DNA from: the human T2T-CHM13v2.0 reference genome, Homo sapiens
Assembly: GCF_009914755.1 (NCBI RefSeq)
Contig: NC_060940.1
Direction: 5' to 3' (one strand)
DNA: 64,000 nt
The translations under genes were made by a program, and so were the position numbers. Below the pieces are notes generated by a model that worked only from the letters and a program-made list of their open reading frames with translations, was not told the DNA's origin and made no database searches. Below are positions 59,664 to 64,000 of the stretch, piece after piece (the stretch's first letter is position 1; each line of letters starts with the position of its first letter).

Positions 59664-60257
59664 TCTGTGGATTGTATCCTTAGCACTGATTCTCTTCTCC
59701 CTTTCACAATGGCATCCAACATTTCTCAGCCATTAGATTTTGGTGAACTGATCCTACCTCCTGTTCTAAGGCAGAGTCCTGTTTTGCTTAAGCCAATCTG
59801 CACATCCCATTCCAATGGCTACAGTGTTGGGTTCAGAGATGTACTATGTCCCAGGGCAGGTGAATCAGGCCAATGAAGCTAACTTCTGGAGCTTCAATTG
59901 AGTTGCTGAGGAAAATGGAGTCCTAGCAAGGAAGCATGTAAGATGCCTTAATGCCCATTTTGGTTCTACAGTGGGAGATCCAGAGGGAGAGAAAGAGAGA
60001 CAGAGGGAGAAAGAGAGACAGACAGACAGAGAGAGAGAGAGAGGAAGAAGAAAGAGGAGGAAGTGAGGAGAAGAGAAGAGGTTGGCGGGAGAGAGAGACT
60101 GACTTAATCCAAATCTTAGTATTGGGGTCCCAGATCAAGTCTGATCTAAAGCTAGATATACCTCTAGACTGTTCAATTATATGAACTAACAGATTCCTTT
60201 TGGTGTAAGCCTGTTTGGATTGAGATTTTAATTCTTGCAACCCAAAGCATATGAACT
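59664..60257 (+). mobile_element. Old MLT1 (K/J-like) LTR with internal GA-rich repeat (about 59982-60097), inserted in a MIR (about 59590-59655 and 60258-60362)
   Basis: cttaagccaatc...aagcctgtttggattgag...cttgcaacccaaag. MIR core cctcagtttcctcatctg to the right. Confidence 0.65.
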
Positions 60258-60479
60258 GTGTGGTGTTTGGTGAGCTACTTTCCCTGTCTGAACCTCAGTT
60301 TCCTCATCTGCTGCACAAGAGGCTGGGCTGGCTAAGGTCATTTCCAGGTCTGAGATTCTGAAACTCTTTGGTTTTTGCCCCCATTTCTTTATAGTGCACC
60401 TGGTGTTTTACCTGATAAGAACAAAAAAAGGAAGTATGAGTTTAGACTTTCTCACCATATTGTAGACTGTGGTAGGAAT

Positions 60480-61060
60480 GCATCAGGAAAGGCCACTCTG
60501 AGGAAAAGATTTTTTATTTAGGCCTGAAGAATGAGAGACAATGAGCATGGCAAAACATGATGGGTACATTCCAGGAAGTGGGAGAAGCCATTTGTAAATG
60601 GATGATTTGGGGACAGGTTGGCTTCGCTGCAAGTCATAATTGGAAAAGCAAGCATCTATCCAATCTAGAGGTGCACACACCCATTCCTCTCTCGCGTCTA
60701 ACTTCATAAAGATTTTCATTTCCCTCATGTAAGCACCTTCTATTTCTATTGTGAATGCAAGTTCCTTGAGCATGGAAGTTGTGTCTTAATCAGCTCAGTG
60801 CCTCCACAGTGCCTAGCATGATGCTCTGCCAGCACACAGTGGGGATTCCAAGTGGCAGAACAGGGTGAGTAAGGTCTCAAAAGTGGTAGACAGCAAGACA
60901 AGCTTTGACAATGAAAAGGAGACCGAGCTGGCTGGAGTGAGGACTTAGTTGGGAGACAAGAGGAAAGGGGTCTACAAAATTATGTTTGGAGAGCACCTCA
61001 AATGCCAAGATAAGGTATTTAGGCCATAAGATACTTTTATAGAGGGCATTAAATAATAAG
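60480..61060. mobile_element. L2 fragments in both orientations
   Basis: caggaaaggccactctgagg; aatgcaagttccttgag...cagtgcctagca. Confidence 0.5.
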
Positions 61061-61387
61061 ATAATCAGAGGACACATCTGTGCAACCAAAATGCATTCAG
61101 TCTCTTTAACAATCCAGGCCATTGACAGACCATTTGGCAATGGAGATTTGTGTGCGCTGAAAATACATTATGCTCTGGAAACAGCTTGGGAGGTTTCTGG
61201 CTTCTGTTTTTGGCAATCTTCCAAGAATAATCAATTATATATTTAGGCCCATTCCCCTCACTGGTGTGGACAACCACGGTACTGGTAAGAGGGCTAATTC
61301 ATGGTAGGGATGTGGCACATTCAGACAGTTACTGGGGTGGACCCAGAGCAAGCCAAGCCAAACATTGCTTGGCTCCCCCGACCAAAG

Positions 61388-61451
61388 ACACACATATACA
61401 TGCATACATGTACACACATACACAAACACACATATACACACAAACACACAC
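61388..61451. repeat. Imperfect (CA/TA)n
   Basis: Read directly from the sequence. Confidence 0.8.
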
Positions 61452-61459
61452 TGCATCTA

Positions 61460-61790
61460 GCATCTCTTATTATCCAAATGCTCATGGGGACCTGGAATCT
61501 GAACATACTGTGAACTACTCTATCAACTCAATGTTTCCACAATAACAAACTCATTCTTTTTCTTCCTCAACCCTAATCTTCTTCCTGACTTATGCATTTC
61601 TATTTCCCTTCTTTTTCTAATAAGACACCAACATCTTCTCAATCTTCCAGGCCTCAAAATTTAGTGTCATCTTAGACGCCACCTGCTGTCACTGCTCCCT
61701 CATCCAAACAGTCTCCAAGTCTTGCCAATTTCATGCTCATCATCTTGTGTTTACTCTGATAAGGGCTCTGATAATTTCACATTTGTAATT
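61460..61790 (+). mobile_element. L2 fragment
   Basis: aactcaatgtttcc...caggcctcaaaatttagtgtcatctt...ccaagtcttgccaattt. Confidence 0.55.
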
Positions 61791-61829
61791 TCATTGAGAC
61801 TTACCTGAATAAGTATTAAAATTGTTAGA

Positions 61830-62383
61830 GTAGCCTTCATTTTTGAAACAACCTGAAACTTACGCAAAGCTGTAAAAACAATACAAAGACTTATTTCCTC
61901 TTGAACCATTTAAGAGTAAGTTGCTAATATTATGCTCCATTACCTTCAAATAATTTAGTAACCACAGTAACCACAATACAACAATAAATTCAGGAAATTA
62001 AAATTGATACATTACTCCAGTCTAATCTATACTCTCCCAGTCCATGTCTTGACTTTTTTTGTTTCCCCAATTTTTCTTTTAAGTTAAAATACATACAACA
62101 TAAAATTTACCATCTTAGATGTCTTTTCCTTTTAATAGAATTATTTAAAGAGCAGAAGTTTTAAATTTGATAAAGCCCAGTGTATCGAAACAATTTTTAT
62201 GGATCATGCTTTTGGTATCACATGTAAAAAAATCTTTGTATAACCAAGGTCACAAAAATTTTCTTCTAGAATTTCTTGTAAAAGTTTCATAATTTTAGGT
62301 TTTACAATTTGGCCTATAATTCAATCAAAGACCTATGATTTATTCATTGAATTACCTTTTTACCTCTGTCAAAAATCAACTGA
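61830..62383 (-). mobile_element. Old L1M fragments
   Basis: atggatcatgcttttggtatcacat...ctctgtcaaaaatcaactg. Confidence 0.65.
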
Positions 62384-62384
62384 T

Positions 62385-63759
62385 AGGGGTGAGATCAGCA
62401 AGATGGTGGACTAAGAAGCTCAACATCCTTATTCCCTTACAGAGATCCTGAAATAATAGCAATATTGGATGAAAATACATTTCTGAGTATTCTGGAAACC
62501 ATTTGGGAAGCTACAGGACCCAGGGAAATGCACAACCAAGAAAAAAAAAAAAGCTGAAAAGTGAAGGAAAGTTGAAGGCATTTTGCTCACTCTAGCTTCT
62601 CTTCCCACTCGGTGCAGTGTAGCACCACTGGGAGGAAACCTCCCAATTACTGGCTCCTCCCTTGGGACAGGAAGAAAAGAGTGGAACTTGAATTCAACAT
62701 TCTGGCTTATTGGGGGCCCCTTGAGGGACTGGTTCTGTTTCTCCTAACTTGGAGTGCTAATGGCAGCAGTTTAGATACCAAGGATAGATTAGATAACAGG
62801 TTGGAGGCCACAGTGAAAATAGAGGCAAACACTGCAGCATGTTAGCAGCAGGGAGTCTGCAGTTCCACTGACAGGCATTAGGGAAGCAAGAAATTATGGT
62901 CACAGGAATATAATAGAAATGGAAACCAAAAGCTCCTGAGAAGAAGCAGGGGCAAGCTTGTAAGGGAAAATAAGACAGCTAAAAGCAGCCATATATACTG
63001 GAATAAAAAACACACTCACAAGTACAAAGAAGACATATGACCAGAAAATGTTTGAGAGATCTCAGAGCCTCTAGCCAGACTCATTGGCGAACGTCTTTTT
63101 CTGCACAAAGCCAGCCTATAAAGACTGGGAGAGGTAGGTGTTTATTCAAATCCCCAAATATCAACAAAAGATCACAAGACTTACAAAGAAACAGGGAAAC
63201 ATGACTCAATCAAAGGAATGAAATAAATCTTTGGAAACAAACACTAAAGACATTCAGATATCTGAATTATCTGACAAAGCATTTAAAATAACTGTCAGTG
63301 GTTTTAGAGGTGTTCAGCCATATAAAAGAGAACATAGACAACGAGAAGAAATCAGGAAAAGGATGTATGATAGACTAGGAATATCAACAAAGAGGTAGAA
63401 ACTATGAAGAAGAACTAAAGAGAAATTCTGAAGTGGAAAAATACAATAACTGAGTTGAAAAGTTCAATAGAAGAGCTCAATAGCAGACTTAGTCAAGCAG
63501 AAGAAAGAATCAGTGAACTTGAGGACAGGTCATTCGACATATTCTAGTCATAAGACCAAAAAAAAAAAAAAATCACAAAAACCACAAAAGAATGGAGAAA
63601 AGTGAAGAGAACCTAAGGGAGTTAAGGGATGCCACCAAGTGGACCAATACAGGCATTATGAGAGTTCCAGAAGGAGAAGAGAGAAAAAGGGGAGAAACTT
63701 ATTTGAAAAAAAGATGGCTGAAAACTTCCCAAATTTGAGGAAATAAATGGATATGCAAT
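62385..63759 (+). mobile_element. Ancient L1M 5'UTR and ORF1 remnant
   Basis: Starts ggggtgagatcagcaagatgg. ORF1-like agcagaagaaagaatcagtgaacttgagg and gctgaaaacttcccaaattt. Confidence 0.75.
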
Positions 63760-64000
63760 TCCTTGTTATCCCAGCACTTTGGCAGGCTGAGGTTGGTGGA
63801 TTGCTTGAGCCCAGGAGTTCAAGACCAGCCTGGGGAGGATTGTGAGACTCCATCTCTACAAAAAAACACAAAAATTAGCCAGGCATAGTGGTGTATGCCT
63901 GTGGTCCCAGCTACTTAGGAGGCTGAGTTGGGAAGATCACTTGAGCCCAGGGAGTTGAAGCTGCAGTGAGCTATGATTTCTCCCCTGCACTCCACCTAGG
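63760..64000 (+). mobile_element. AluJ, 5' truncated, runs off the right edge of the window
   Basis: atcccagcactttgg...ttgagcccaggagttcaagacc. Confidence 0.9.

Overview
Primate (human-like) genomic DNA: AT-rich, CpG-depleted and mostly interspersed repeats (L1, Alu, L2, MIR, ERVL/MaLR and ERV1 LTRs, hAT/Tigger MITEs, microsatellites). I cannot support any cellular protein-coding exon, tRNA/rRNA, CpG island or CRISPR array. Almost all long ORFs are decayed L1 ORF1/ORF2 or MaLR remnants. I do not see a new biological system. The best-supported notable structures are: (1) a full-length L1PA4-like element with two 3' ends, where a younger L1PA2-type 3' fragment sits inside it and merges seamlessly back into host sequence, leaving a 214-bp duplication; (2) an 18/18 canonical REST/NRSF RE1 core at 16699-16716 with an extra right half-site; (3) a near full-length ancient L1M carrying an intact two-LTR MSTA; (4) a left-left-right trimeric Alu. 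Subfamily names come from recalled consensus features, not from a RepeatMasker run. Boundaries of old elements are approximate.
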